Source: a virus (lineage: Duplodnaviria > Caudoviricetes). From it: DNA of 47,539 bases. The position numbers and the translations under genes are program-made. Positions 27,733 to 36,400 of this stretch are shown piece after piece; the first letter of the stretch is position 1; each line of letters opens with the position of its first letter. Location: IMG/VR virus record IMGVR_UViG_3300003860_000008, positions 1 through 47,539 of that record; one strand, given 5' to 3'. The notes under the pieces were generated by a model, which saw only the letters and a program-made list of their open reading frames with translations, was not told the origin of the DNA and did no database searches.

Positions 27733-29711
27733 GTTTTCATAATTTTATTTATTATTTTATTACATTTTTCTATATAATAATTATAATTAATATCATAATT
27801 ATCCATTGATTTTTCTAAATATGTATTAAATATTGTTTGTAAACTATTTGCTTCAACTCTTGATTCTCTTGTTCCATCATCAATATCTCCAAAAATATCT
27901 ATTTGCATAGATGCTGTTTTATTTTCTAACATTGGTAATCTTTTAAGTAAATAAATACCACCATTAGAAATATAATATCTATTGATTTTTTGAAGAGGAA
28001 TTTCAATTTGTTTCTCTTTATTAAATGATATTAATTTATTTTTACCAATTGATTTAGCACCCAAACAAAAATCATAAATATTAGTTGCAGATAATATTGT
28101 ATTTTTTATTGGTACATTATTAATAAAATATTCTTGTAATGCTATTGGAACTATTTTCGTTACTTTATTTTTATGTAATTCAAACTCAGAAGTAAAATCT
28201 CCTTTACATTTAAAATCACCATTAGTTTTAACAGCAATATAATCATTTACAGATGTTTGAATTAATGCACTATAATCAACATATTCTAATTGACCAAGTG
28301 TATCGTTTCCTACTAAAACTTCCCAATCTTTACATATTTTATAGTATAATTCATCTAATGATTTATCAAATAAACAAACTATTCCATCAGTATTTGCACT
28401 TAATACATGTATTCCATTTAATTCAAGATCTTCAATCAACATTAAAATTTCAACTTGATTACCAATTGTAACATACATCATTTGTTTAGGATCAAATTGC
28501 CAATTGTATTCTTCACCTAGTTTACCATATCCACCACCATTTAAACTTAATTTGTAGGCTTCTTGAATAGCATTATATTTTCTAATTTTAGTAGCTTTAT
28601 ATTTTCCTTTTGCTTCTAATCTTTTATAAATAATATCTACATATCCTTCTAACCATTTTACACCTAAATGTCTTGGTGCTAATCTTCTTTTACGAATTGC
28701 ATTAGGATATTGACTACCTATATCAGCATCTCTAAGATATTCATTATCATTAGGTTTAATAATTCTAGGTTTATCTTCAGAATGGATTCCTCCTTTTGCA
28801 ATAGTATAAATAGTACCATTGTGTTCAAATTTAAAAATTTGTTTTTTATTTAAATTAACTTCAATTTTTCCTAAATTTTCTACAAAGTTTTGAAACTTAA
28901 TAGTTTTAAATTTCATATATAAAGGAAAACATTCTTTAAATAAATATTTTTCATTTAAATATAAATCTTTATCTGGTGGAGGTAATTCTTTTTTAGTGAT
29001 ACCAAGTAATTTACAATATGAAAGTTTATTAATTTCATCTCCAATTCTAACATCATTATAGTTCAAACATTTAATACCAAATTCAGATTGAATATTCATT
29101 CTTAATTCAATTTTATCAACTCCTTTATATAATGGATCTTCTGTTTCTCCTTTTGATATTAAATAAAGTTTATAAGTAGCTGTAACATCGTGATGATTGT
29201 AGGGTATTATTAAATCTTTAACCTGTTCAATTGTAACATTTTCAGAATGATGAATTGGCATTTCTTGAATGTCATTCATATCAATCATATATTCAATCCA
29301 TTTTAAAGAGGTCATCTTAGCCTTGTTATCAAAATGAAAGATTTTAAATAAATCCAATTGTGGAATAAATAATTTCCATTCAGGATATTTTGGAAAACCT
29401 CCTTTATTTGTTACTTCAATTGTTGCTTGTGCAAATTGATATATCTCACTAGCAATTGTTTCACCATCTCCTAACCATGTTAATTCAGAAAATCTATTTT
29501 GATTATTTAATATGAATTGTATAACTTGTCCATCAAAAGAAATATTATTGAAACCAATCTGTCCAGTTAATGTTTTTAAATGTGCAAGATATATTGTAAA
29601 ATCATTTTGATCTTGATGTATTACAAATTCATATCTTTCTAATGTTTTTGGATTTAAAGAACAATATGTATGGCAATTTTTTAGAGTTTCAATATCATAT
29701 ACTTCTTTCAT
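27729..29711 (-). CDS. polB: Family B DNA polymerase
   Basis: Exo YDIET, GFNNISFD, YNHHDV; Pol DIGSQYP, KLSLNGGGYG, ANTDG. Confidence 0.93.
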   Translation of the reverse strand: MKEVYDIETLKNCHTYCSLNPKTLERYEFVIHQDQNDFTIYLAHLKTLTGQIGFNNISFDGQVIQFILNNQNRFSELTWLGDGETIASEIYQFAQATIEVTNKGGFPKYPEWKLFIPQLDLFKIFHFDNKAKMTSLKWIEYMIDMNDIQEMPIHHSENVTIEQVKDLIIPYNHHDVTATYKLYLISKGETEDPLYKGVDKIELRMNIQSEFGIKCLNYNDVRIGDEINKLSYCKLLGITKKELPPPDKDLYLNEKYLFKECFPLYMKFKTIKFQNFVENLGKIEVNLNKKQIFKFEHNGTIYTIAKGGIHSEDKPRIIKPNDNEYLRDADIGSQYPNAIRKRRLAPRHLGVKWLEGYVDIIYKRLEAKGKYKATKIRKYNAIQEAYKLSLNGGGYGKLGEEYNWQFDPKQMMYVTIGNQVEILMLIEDLELNGIHVLSANTDGIVCLFDKSLDELYYKICKDWEVLVGNDTLGQLEYVDYSALIQTSVNDYIAVKTNGDFKCKGDFTSEFELHKNKVTKIVPIALQEYFINNVPIKNTILSATNIYDFCLGAKSIGKNKLISFNKEKQIEIPLQKINRYYISNGGIYLLKRLPMLENKTASMQIDIFGDIDDGTRESRVEANSLQTIFNTYLEKSMDNYDINYNYYIEKCNKIINKIMKT

Positions 29712-30025
29712 TTTTCACAGTATTTAACTAAATTATTAAATTCTTCTTCATTCATGTAAGTTCGAAAAGGAAGTCCACCAATTGTAATATATGTTGTTGC
29801 AAAATAATAAGGTGATTTTTTACATTTTTCAAATTCTGTTGTAATGATTTCTTCATATGATTTAAGTTCATCACTTTTTTCAATTTCTCTACCTTGTAAA
29901 ATCCAAGTGAATTGTTCTTCAAGTTCTTTTTTAGGAAATTTCTCAAGATGTTCATTTAGATTTTTTAAAGTATCTAATGCTTGTTTTTCAAGATCTTGTA
30001 TAAATTTATTTATTGGATTTTTCAT
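29708..30025 (-). CDS. Hypothetical protein
   Basis: ORF; EFEKCKKSPYYFATTY resembles a terminase N-terminal helix motif. Confidence 0.6.
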   Translation of the reverse strand: MKNPINKFIQDLEKQALDTLKNLNEHLEKFPKKELEEQFTWILQGREIEKSDELKSYEEIITTEFEKCKKSPYYFATTYITIGGLPFRTYMNEEEFNNLVKYCEK

Positions 30026-30204
30026 ACTATATTTTCTAATGGATAACTATTAAGAATTGATTCTTTATTTATAGTAGTTTTATTACTTGGTAAATGTCTA
30101 GAATCTGATTGATACCCACCACCTATAGTAGTTGCTTGATCACTTGCTTGTTTTAATGCAGCTGTTACAAATAATAATACTATTCTTAGTGTTAATTTCA
30201 TCAT
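30022..30204 (-). CDS. Hypothetical protein
   Basis: ORF. Confidence 0.45.
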   Translation of the reverse strand: MMKLTLRIVLLFVTAALKQASDQATTIGGGYQSDSRHLPSNKTTINKESILNSYPLENIV

Positions 30205-30215
30205 AATTTCATAAT

Positions 30216-30431
30216 TTAATTTTCTAATAGTATAAAAAATTCAAGAAATTCATTCACTTCTTTCATTAATTTTAATTTAACTTCTGGAAGTAATCTCATA
30301 TAAGTCATTACACAGTTATGATCTACTTTACAAACATCTTGCATGTACTGAATCATATATTCAGTTGATTTATCTTCAGCATCCATTAATTGATGAATAG
30401 CTGCTAATTTTAGTTTTGTTATATACTGCAT
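30216..30431 (-). CDS. Hypothetical protein
   Basis: ORF. Confidence 0.6.
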   Translation of the reverse strand: MQYITKLKLAAIHQLMDAEDKSTEYMIQYMQDVCKVDHNCVMTYMRLLPEVKLKLMKEVNEFLEFFILLEN

Positions 30432-30436
30432 ATTTT

Positions 30437-30796
30437 CTAATTTAAAAAGTTTTCAAATACATCAAATGGTTTACTAAATTCTTTAATAAGAACTTCTTCA
30501 ACTTCATTTGATTCTTCTATTGAAGCAGATTGAGTTTTAACGAATCTGTGTTTAGAAAATGCTGGTTCTTGAACTTTATCAATTAAATGAATGTAAATGG
30601 GAAAATTTAGAATTTCTTCTAAATAAATCCCAGTTACAATTCCATTATCTTCAGTAAATCCTCTAACAGTATATTCTTTTCCTTCTTTAACCCAATTCAA
30701 ATAAGCTTCTGATACAAATTCTTCCATTCCTGGTTTAATACTCGCATCTCTACAGAGAACAATGTCTCCAATGTTTAAATCACTCATATTAATCAA
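30437..30796 (-). CDS. Hypothetical protein
   Basis: ORF. Confidence 0.7.
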   Translation of the reverse strand: MINMSDLNIGDIVLCRDASIKPGMEEFVSEAYLNWVKEGKEYTVRGFTEDNGIVTGIYLEEILNFPIYIHLIDKVQEPAFSKHRFVKTQSASIEESNEVEEVLIKEFSKPFDVFENFLN

Positions 30797-31259
30797 ATTT
30801 AATTTCTAATTCTTGATTTGTTAATTCAGAATAAAGATTTTGAATTTCATGAAAATAATCTTTATTGATATTTAATAAATAAGAATCTTCACAATCATTA
30901 ATATTTGTAAATACACCAATTTCAACATGATTAGTTGGTAAACTTATTGTAAGTTTTTCTTCATGTTTTGGCTCATCTTTAATTATTGAAATACCATAAA
31001 TTTCATGATTGGAATCAGAAGTTTTCATAGTCTGTAATAATTCAAAACCATATTTTAATAATAATTTGTCAGTTATTCTAATAGGTTTTATTTCATCATA
31101 AGATCTTGGAAAAATATCATTTTTATATTGTAATATTACTTTATCATTTCTTAATTCTATAATTTTTCCAATTCTACCAGTAGGTAATGGTATTTGTGTA
31201 TTTCTTCTGGAAGTTAGTATTTCTACTAGATTTCCAATTTTTAATTTCTTATTGTCCAT
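30789..31259 (-). CDS. Hypothetical Bacteroidota phage protein
   Basis: LKIGNLV...IKPIRITDKLLLKYGF...HEIQNLYSELTNQEL pattern. Confidence 0.75.
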   Translation of the reverse strand: MDNKKLKIGNLVEILTSRRNTQIPLPTGRIGKIIELRNDKVILQYKNDIFPRSYDEIKPIRITDKLLLKYGFELLQTMKTSDSNHEIYGISIIKDEPKHEEKLTISLPTNHVEIGVFTNINDCEDSYLLNINKDYFHEIQNLYSELTNQELEIKFD

Positions 31260-31283
31260 AATTGTTAGTCATTAGAATATAAA

Positions 31284-32162
31284 TTATACGAGTAATAATT
31301 CTGCAAATTTAAGAGACTTCTGATTCATGTCATAACCAGATCCCATCATAATTGATTCTTCACGAGCATTATCTCTAGTAAGAATACGTAAATCATGAGT
31401 AGTAAATCTTGTAATAGCTGAATGCAATCCCCAAGCATTTGCTCCTTTGTCTTTGATTTCAAGATTGATATTCTTGTAAATAGTGTCCATTTTGTTAATA
31501 GCTGCAGTTGACTTTTGCAAAAGTAATTCTTGAGGAGATAAAACTTTATCATAACCAAGTAATTCCAATACAAGTTTATTAGCTAAATCCTTCGATACAG
31601 GAGTACTTAGAAACTTATTGTACAATTCCACTTGCTTTAGTGATTGAGATAGAGCACACTCAATTAAAAAGGGTATCTGCTTCATTTTCTCAGTTAATTG
31701 AATTGAATGACGAAACTTATTTTCATTCATTCGATTGAATTTATAGAATTGATTTTTACAACTCATTGTTAAATCTCCAATTCCAAAACTAAGTGAAGTA
31801 GACCCATCATTAGAATCTATAATAGTGATGAATCTTTCTATTTCATCATTTCCTACAATTCCATTTCCTTTGATTTTAAGCTGGATATATACTTTACGTC
31901 CACCATTAAGAGATCCTGCCTTAGAAATAGAAATATCATCACCAAATGGTAACATTCCTTCTAATACTTTTTCTATTATCTCACGATTCTGAGATGGTGT
32001 ATAACTACCTTTTACAGTATGTATAATCTCTTGTGTTTTCGAATTTAATAATCCGTAATATGCTGAAGCAATAGGATCTCCTAATCCTTGCATTGCAAAC
32101 AATGGTATTTTTTCTATTTGAAAATTTAAACCATTTTCTTCTAATATTTGATCTATATTCAT
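31284..32162 (-). CDS. DUF932/DUF945-like phage protein
   Basis: VKGSYTPSQN, AGSLNGGRKVY, DSNDGS, CKNQF, NAWGLHSAIT. Confidence 0.8.
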   Translation of the reverse strand: MNIDQILEENGLNFQIEKIPLFAMQGLGDPIASAYYGLLNSKTQEIIHTVKGSYTPSQNREIIEKVLEGMLPFGDDISISKAGSLNGGRKVYIQLKIKGNGIVGNDEIERFITIIDSNDGSTSLSFGIGDLTMSCKNQFYKFNRMNENKFRHSIQLTEKMKQIPFLIECALSQSLKQVELYNKFLSTPVSKDLANKLVLELLGYDKVLSPQELLLQKSTAAINKMDTIYKNINLEIKDKGANAWGLHSAITRFTTHDLRILTRDNAREESIMMGSGYDMNQKSLKFAELLLV

Positions 32163-32242
32163 ATTTATTTATTTTAGTTTATTTGCGAAAAAGCAAACGG
32201 CACATAACACAACCTATGCGCAATTTTAAAAACCCTTATCAT

Positions 32243-32536
32243 TCACGCTTCGGGTTTAGAATACCAAGCAAATGCTTCACGTATTTTTTCGCAATATTCC
32301 TCTGATTTAGCAACATTTCTATCAAAACAAGTTTCATCTTTTCCAACACGATAAATATTTTTCATCATTCTAAACGTGTTTAGTATTATATCTAACATAT
32401 AATCAACTTCTTTTTTAGAAACACCTCTAACTTCTTTAAGTTCTTTTCTTAATTTAGAAAGTTTAGGATGATTGAATTTACCTATTTCCATTAATGTTTT
32501 CCAATATTCATCAGATACTTCTTTTTCTGTTCTCAT
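32243..32536 (-). CDS. Hypothetical protein enclosed by attC-like arms
   Basis: 97-aa ORF between inverted repeats at 32224-32235 and 32558-32569. Confidence 0.7.
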   Translation of the reverse strand: MRTEKEVSDEYWKTLMEIGKFNHPKLSKLRKELKEVRGVSKKEVDYMLDIILNTFRMMKNIYRVGKDETCFDRNVAKSEEYCEKIREAFAWYSKPEA

Positions 32537-32648
32537 CTTTTCTAATTTTTTATTAGTGGGTTTTTAAAACTTCGCATAGCTTCGGGACGTTATGCGAAAC
32601 AAAAAAGAAACTTATCAATCTCGCTTCGTACCATAATGCCAATGTAGG

Positions 32649-32870
32649 TTATAGTTTGTTAATTTCTACTTTTACTTGATTCCAATACTTATAATTCAAT
32701 CTGTCGCTATCATAAATATTGGGATTATCATTTAGTATTTCATCAACACAAATCAAAGCATATTTTTTTGCTTGTTCTAATTCAAGTAAATGACCCTCTT
32801 TTCCGTGTGTGAATATATCACCTCTATAAAATTTATTACCTAATTCGTTTGCTTTGTCTTTTGCATTCAT
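32649..32870 (-). CDS. Hypothetical Bacteroidota phage protein (cassette 2)
   Basis: AKDKANEL...AKKYALICVDEIL...YWNQVKVEINKL. Confidence 0.75.
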   Translation of the reverse strand: MNAKDKANELGNKFYRGDIFTHGKEGHLLELEQAKKYALICVDEILNDNPNIYDSDRLNYKYWNQVKVEINKL

Positions 32871-32875
32871 AATAT

Positions 32876-33022
32876 TTATTTTATTTTAAAAATTGGACGT
32901 TTTTTATTTTTGTATTTTCTTTTTATTGAAATTACACCATCTTTTATTTTAACGTCTTCTATGTTCACAATTAAACAGTTAGTAATTAAATTACCATTTG
33001 ATTTGCATTCGTATTTTTCCAT
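32876..33022 (-). CDS. Small hypothetical protein (48 aa, cassette 2, not in ORF track)
   Basis: MEKYECKSNGNL... with A-rich leader. Confidence 0.4.
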   Translation of the reverse strand: MEKYECKSNGNLITNCLIVNIEDVKIKDGVISIKRKYKNKKRPIFKIK

Positions 33023-33177
33023 TTTTTAGTTTATTTATGTGTTTCTTTTTTCTCATCGTTTTTAATTTATCGTTGTGTTTTCTTTTTCCATCGCCTATCG
33101 CTGTCCGTAGTTGCAAAACGTTAGTTTCAATAAAATAAACCCTTTAAGTTGTCGATTCGGGTTTAGAATACCAACGT

Positions 33178-33609
33178 TTAATCATCGCTTTCATTAATGT
33201 CGTAAAAATCGTCAAAATCAAAATTCCAATTTGAAATAATTCCATTTTCATCAATGTCCATTATAATATAATCACCATATCCACTTTCTTTAGGGCATAA
33301 TGTACTTGGAACATATCCGTTATCTTCTGATAATATTATTTCACCATTTTCATTTTGAAGTTCATAAGATAAACAATCGCAAACTTTATAATGTATTTTC
33401 GCTTTTACACCTTGTTTCCAATTAGTTATTTTACCTGTTTCAATGTCTATTAACGGCATCCACAAACTACCATTTTTACAAGGTATATTTTCTCCGTTTT
33501 CTGTGTCGCTTTCTCCATTTACTTCAGTATCTTCCCAATATCTAACTCCTGCTTTTACTTGTAGATATTTTAATTCAACTTCTTTTTTAACTTTAATTGT
33601 TACTTTCAT
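33178..33609 (-). CDS. Conserved hypothetical phage protein (cassette 3)
   Basis: AGVRYWED..VNG...IHYKVCD...YVP..LCP...GYGDYI. Confidence 0.8.
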   Translation of the reverse strand: MKVTIKVKKEVELKYLQVKAGVRYWEDTEVNGESDTENGENIPCKNGSLWMPLIDIETGKITNWKQGVKAKIHYKVCDCLSYELQNENGEIILSEDNGYVPSTLCPKESGYGDYIIMDIDENGIISNWNFDFDDFYDINESDD

Positions 33610-33667
33610 TTTGTTTATTGTTTAATTATTACTCTTTTAAATTTTAATTAGTGGGTTTATTTTACAA

Positions 33668-33745
33668 AAACTAACAACACCTATACAAAACGGCTTGACA
33701 TATACTGTGTTTAGAGCCGTTAAGCGTAGTTGCAAAACGTTATAA
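33668..33745 (+). repeat. attC-like palindromic recombination site
   Basis: AAACTAAC...CTATAC..AACGGCT-loop-AGCCGTT..GCGTAG...GTTATAA. Confidence 0.7.
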
Positions 33746-33940
33746 GCTACTTTCAAGTTGTTCGTATATTAACTTTATTAGTTGCTCTTGATCTAGTACG
33801 TGTTGAAAGTTATAACCATTATAGCCAGAGCTTAATTCAACGTGTTCAATTTCAAATCCTTGTTCAAAATTATCTTCTTGATGTAATTTAACTATACAAT
33901 CAAATTCTATTGAATAGAAATTTATCATTACTGTTTTCAT
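33740..33940 (-). CDS. Hypothetical protein
   Basis: ORF whose stop codon lies within the GTTA core site. Confidence 0.6.
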   Translation of the reverse strand: MKTVMINFYSIEFDCIVKLHQEDNFEQGFEIEHVELSSGYNGYNFQHVLDQEQLIKLIYEQLESSL

Positions 33941-34104
33941 TTTTTTAATTCTTTAATTAATTCTTGTAATTTTACTATTTTCTCCCAATCTTCAACAGAA
34001 TACATGACAGAACTCTTCCAAGTATATTTATCAATGATTTTATGCAATTGGTGATTATAATATATTCTTAATATTATATTTCTAATGGTTCTTAGTATTT
34101 TCAT
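33937..34104 (-). CDS. Small hypothetical protein (55 aa, not in ORF track)
   Basis: MKILRTIRN...; ATGA overlap with the next gene. Confidence 0.45.
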   Translation of the reverse strand: MKILRTIRNIILRIYYNHQLHKIIDKYTWKSSVMYSVEDWEKIVKLQELIKELKK

Positions 34105-34161
34105 TATTATTGAATTATTGTGAGTTAATAGAATATCTATAGATGATGAGTAATTTTAAAT

Positions 34162-34194
34162 AAGAGGAAGGCATTTCATAGCTACCTTCCTCTT
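34162..34194 (-). terminator. Strong hairpin / terminator downstream of tRNA-like element
   Basis: AAGAGGAAGG / CCTTCCTCTT 10-bp stem. Confidence 0.6.
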
Positions 34195-34224
34195 GTTGTG
34201 TATTTACTGTTGATTTTAAATACA

Positions 34225-34298
34225 TTGTTGTCAAGGTGGACTCGAACCACCATCTCAAGATTAGTCTCTTGTGCTTTACCAATTAAGCTATTTGACAT
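34225..34298 (-). tRNA. tRNA-like gene with aberrant 6-nt anticodon loop (GACTAA)
   Basis: D arm TAGCTTAATTGGTAAAGC, anticodon stem CAAGA/TCTTG, T arm GGTGG-TTCGAGT-CCACC, acceptor TGTCAA/TTGACA. Confidence 0.65.
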
Positions 34299-34299
34299 C

Positions 34300-34995
34300 C
34301 TTACCTAACTGTTCAATTATACACAAAGAGAACCGTTTCCGCATTCTCCTTTACCTAGATCTAGCACCTACAGCATACACGCTATGGTCGTAACCAACGG
34401 ACTAGCCTGTCATGTGTATCTGTTTAGGTCACTGTGATATAGAGAATTTTAGACCATGAATATTTCTATCCTATTAATATCCCTAGTATTAATATCCCAC
34501 CTCAAAGCTATAAGGTTATCCTATTTTATCACATTGCTTGAGGCTCATTAGCACACAGATACGACTCACGCATATTTGTTTCACGTACTCTTTCTCAAGG
34601 AGGTGTACTTCCAGTATTTCTACTAGTATTTTGCACAAATAACTCCACCACATATAAATATACTTGTCTGTTTGTTATTTTATTTGTACCAGCATCAATG
34701 TTTAGCTGTTTTCTTTAAAACTCTCACGTCTTCCAATAGAATACGTTCTCTATAGCTAGCTACCAACCTAATGTGTGCCCGTATTTAACGCACTAAATAT
34801 GCGTACTATATACACTTAATACCTGACTCACAATAACTCCTATATTGGACCAGGATTATAACAACACTTACAGTTTAACCCAGTGTCCAGCTATTTCCCG
34901 TAAGACATATATTGATACCAACGTTAGTGAAGATCATCAAATACAGTGACACTTTGATTTATTGATGTTATTTATTGCTAATCAGCGTGAGGGTA
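34300..34995 (-). ncRNA. Candidate large structured non-coding RNA(s)
   Basis: About 700 nt without ORF, GC-enriched, with multiple long-range helices whose wobbles fit the minus strand. Confidence 0.5.
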
Positions 34996-34998
34996 ATG

Positions 34999-35304
34999 TT
35001 ATTTAGTAGTGACTAATTTCCCTAAAATGATTTCTTCATCTTCTTCACTAATTTTCAATGTTCTAATTACCCATTGAGAAGTAGAATCAAACTCATCAGA
35101 TAATTGACCAGTTGAACTATTGAAGTATTTGAAAGATTTATCCAATACTTTTACAATTTGTAAATTAGTAGAATATTCTTCTGTTTCAATTAAATCTCCT
35201 TCTTTCAAATCATCTGCAGTATTGAAAGAATATCTTTTCAATTTTCCTAATTCTTTCGATGACGTAATTTTAGTATTTGTGTAAACACATAATATTGTTT
35301 TCAT
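34999..35304 (-). CDS. Hypothetical protein
   Basis: ORF. Confidence 0.7.
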   Translation of the reverse strand: MKTILCVYTNTKITSSKELGKLKRYSFNTADDLKEGDLIETEEYSTNLQIVKVLDKSFKYFNSSTGQLSDEFDSTSQWVIRTLKISEEDEEIILGKLVTTK

Positions 35305-35365
35305 ATTTTCTATTGGTTAAAAGTTTTACAAAGCTAGGTAATAATTATACTACCTAGCATTTAAT

Positions 35366-35629
35366 TTAAGATATTTTTCTTGTGATTTGCGAGCTTATCA
35401 TCTCGTCATTATACAATATACTCGTTTTATATTCAATACGAGCACAAGTATCTTCTAAAAGAGAATCAAATATTTCCATACTGATTCTTTTTCCATGTAT
35501 TTGTCGATATACATCATCGTATTCTTTGATACAATCAAGTTTGAATTGTCTACCAATACGTGCAATAGCAGTATCTAGGTTATTTACTTGAATTTTGTTT
35601 TCGAATGTTTTGTTTGAAACTGTTGTCAT
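35366..35629 (-). CDS. Hypothetical protein
   Basis: ORF followed by hairpin GCTAGGTA/TACCTAGC. Confidence 0.6.
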   Translation of the reverse strand: MTTVSNKTFENKIQVNNLDTAIARIGRQFKLDCIKEYDDVYRQIHGKRISMEIFDSLLEDTCARIEYKTSILYNDEMISSQITRKIS

Positions 35630-35631
35630 GA

Positions 35632-36207
35632 TTAATTTGTTTTACAGAAGTTAATTAAATTTTGAAGAAGTAAATTATTTAAATCTTTTTTAGCAGTATA
35701 AGCAGCAACAGCATAAGCAGCAGCAGCAACAGCATGAGTAGCATAAGCAGCATCATCATAAGTAGCATCAGCAGCAGAAGCAGCAGCAGCAGCAGTAGAA
35801 GCAGCATCAGCAGCATAAGCAGCATCAGCATAAGTAGCAGCAGAAGCAGAAGCAGCAGCAGCAGAAGCAGCCTTTCTTTTTTCTCTTAATATTTCAATTG
35901 TGATTTCATCATTAAGATAATCTTTTGCTGCTTGAATAGATTCTCTAGGTGCTTTATTTTCAGGATATTTATTTTCATAAATTTCTAATACAATTTCAGC
36001 ACATGAAATAGCGAGTAATTGATTTTGTTCTTTTGTTGCTAATTTTTTACATACAAACCAATATTTATCTTTTAATGATATTTCAGATTTTAATATTTGA
36101 TTAAGTGTAATTGATTTGTTTTTCATAAAAGATGTTTGAAGTAATTGTTCTTCTGAATAACATCCTTTATTTATTAGCATAAATTCTTTGGTGAATTTCT
36201 TTTGCAT
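35632..36207 (-). CDS. Alanine-rich repeat phage protein
   Basis: CAEIVLEIYENKYPENKAPRESIQAAKDYL followed by an A/Y/D/S low-complexity tract. Confidence 0.8.
   Translation of the reverse strand: MQKKFTKEFMLINKGCYSEEQLLQTSFMKNKSITLNQILKSEISLKDKYWFVCKKLATKEQNQLLAISCAEIVLEIYENKYPENKAPRESIQAAKDYLNDEITIEILREKRKAASAAAASASAATYADAAYAADAASTAAAAASAADATYDDAAYATHAVAAAAYAVAAYTAKKDLNNLLLQNLINFCKTN
35692..35871. repeat. Degenerate (GCA)n coding trinucleotide repeat
   Basis: About 60 triplets: gca/gaa/taa/tca/gta variants. Confidence 0.9.
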
Positions 36208-36400
36208 AATTACTTTGTTTTTAATGAGTATTGGTTGAAATTATCTTGTTTGTGTTGGAATTTATTGAATGCTTTAAGTATTGCTTTCATTACATTTTTA
36301 GCATGAACTATTACTTTAGCAATTCTATGTCCTAAGTTTACTAATACGATAAATCTTAATTTTTTCATTTTAATTGTTTTGATGTTTGATATTGTTAGCT

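Larger units (their letters stand above)
32200..33750 (+). mobile_element. Integron-cassette-like array with attC-like sites, no integrase in window
   Basis: Paired core sites CATAAC/GTTATG and GTTAGTTT/AAACTAAC; imperfect palindromes; 18-nt direct repeat CGTAGTTGCAAAACGTTA at 33106 and 33725. Confidence 0.65.

Noticed and set aside
32200-33750. CRISPR array or IS element
   Set aside because: Repeats are separated by whole genes with irregular spacing; no transposase or cas gene
34141-34225. Theta (HDV-like) ribozyme after the tRNA-like gene
   Set aside because: Only an A-rich linker and a simple hairpin; no nested double pseudoknot visible
35692-35871. Diversity-generating retroelement variable repeat
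   Set aside because: No reverse transcriptase or template repeat in the window, and variation is not adenine-specific
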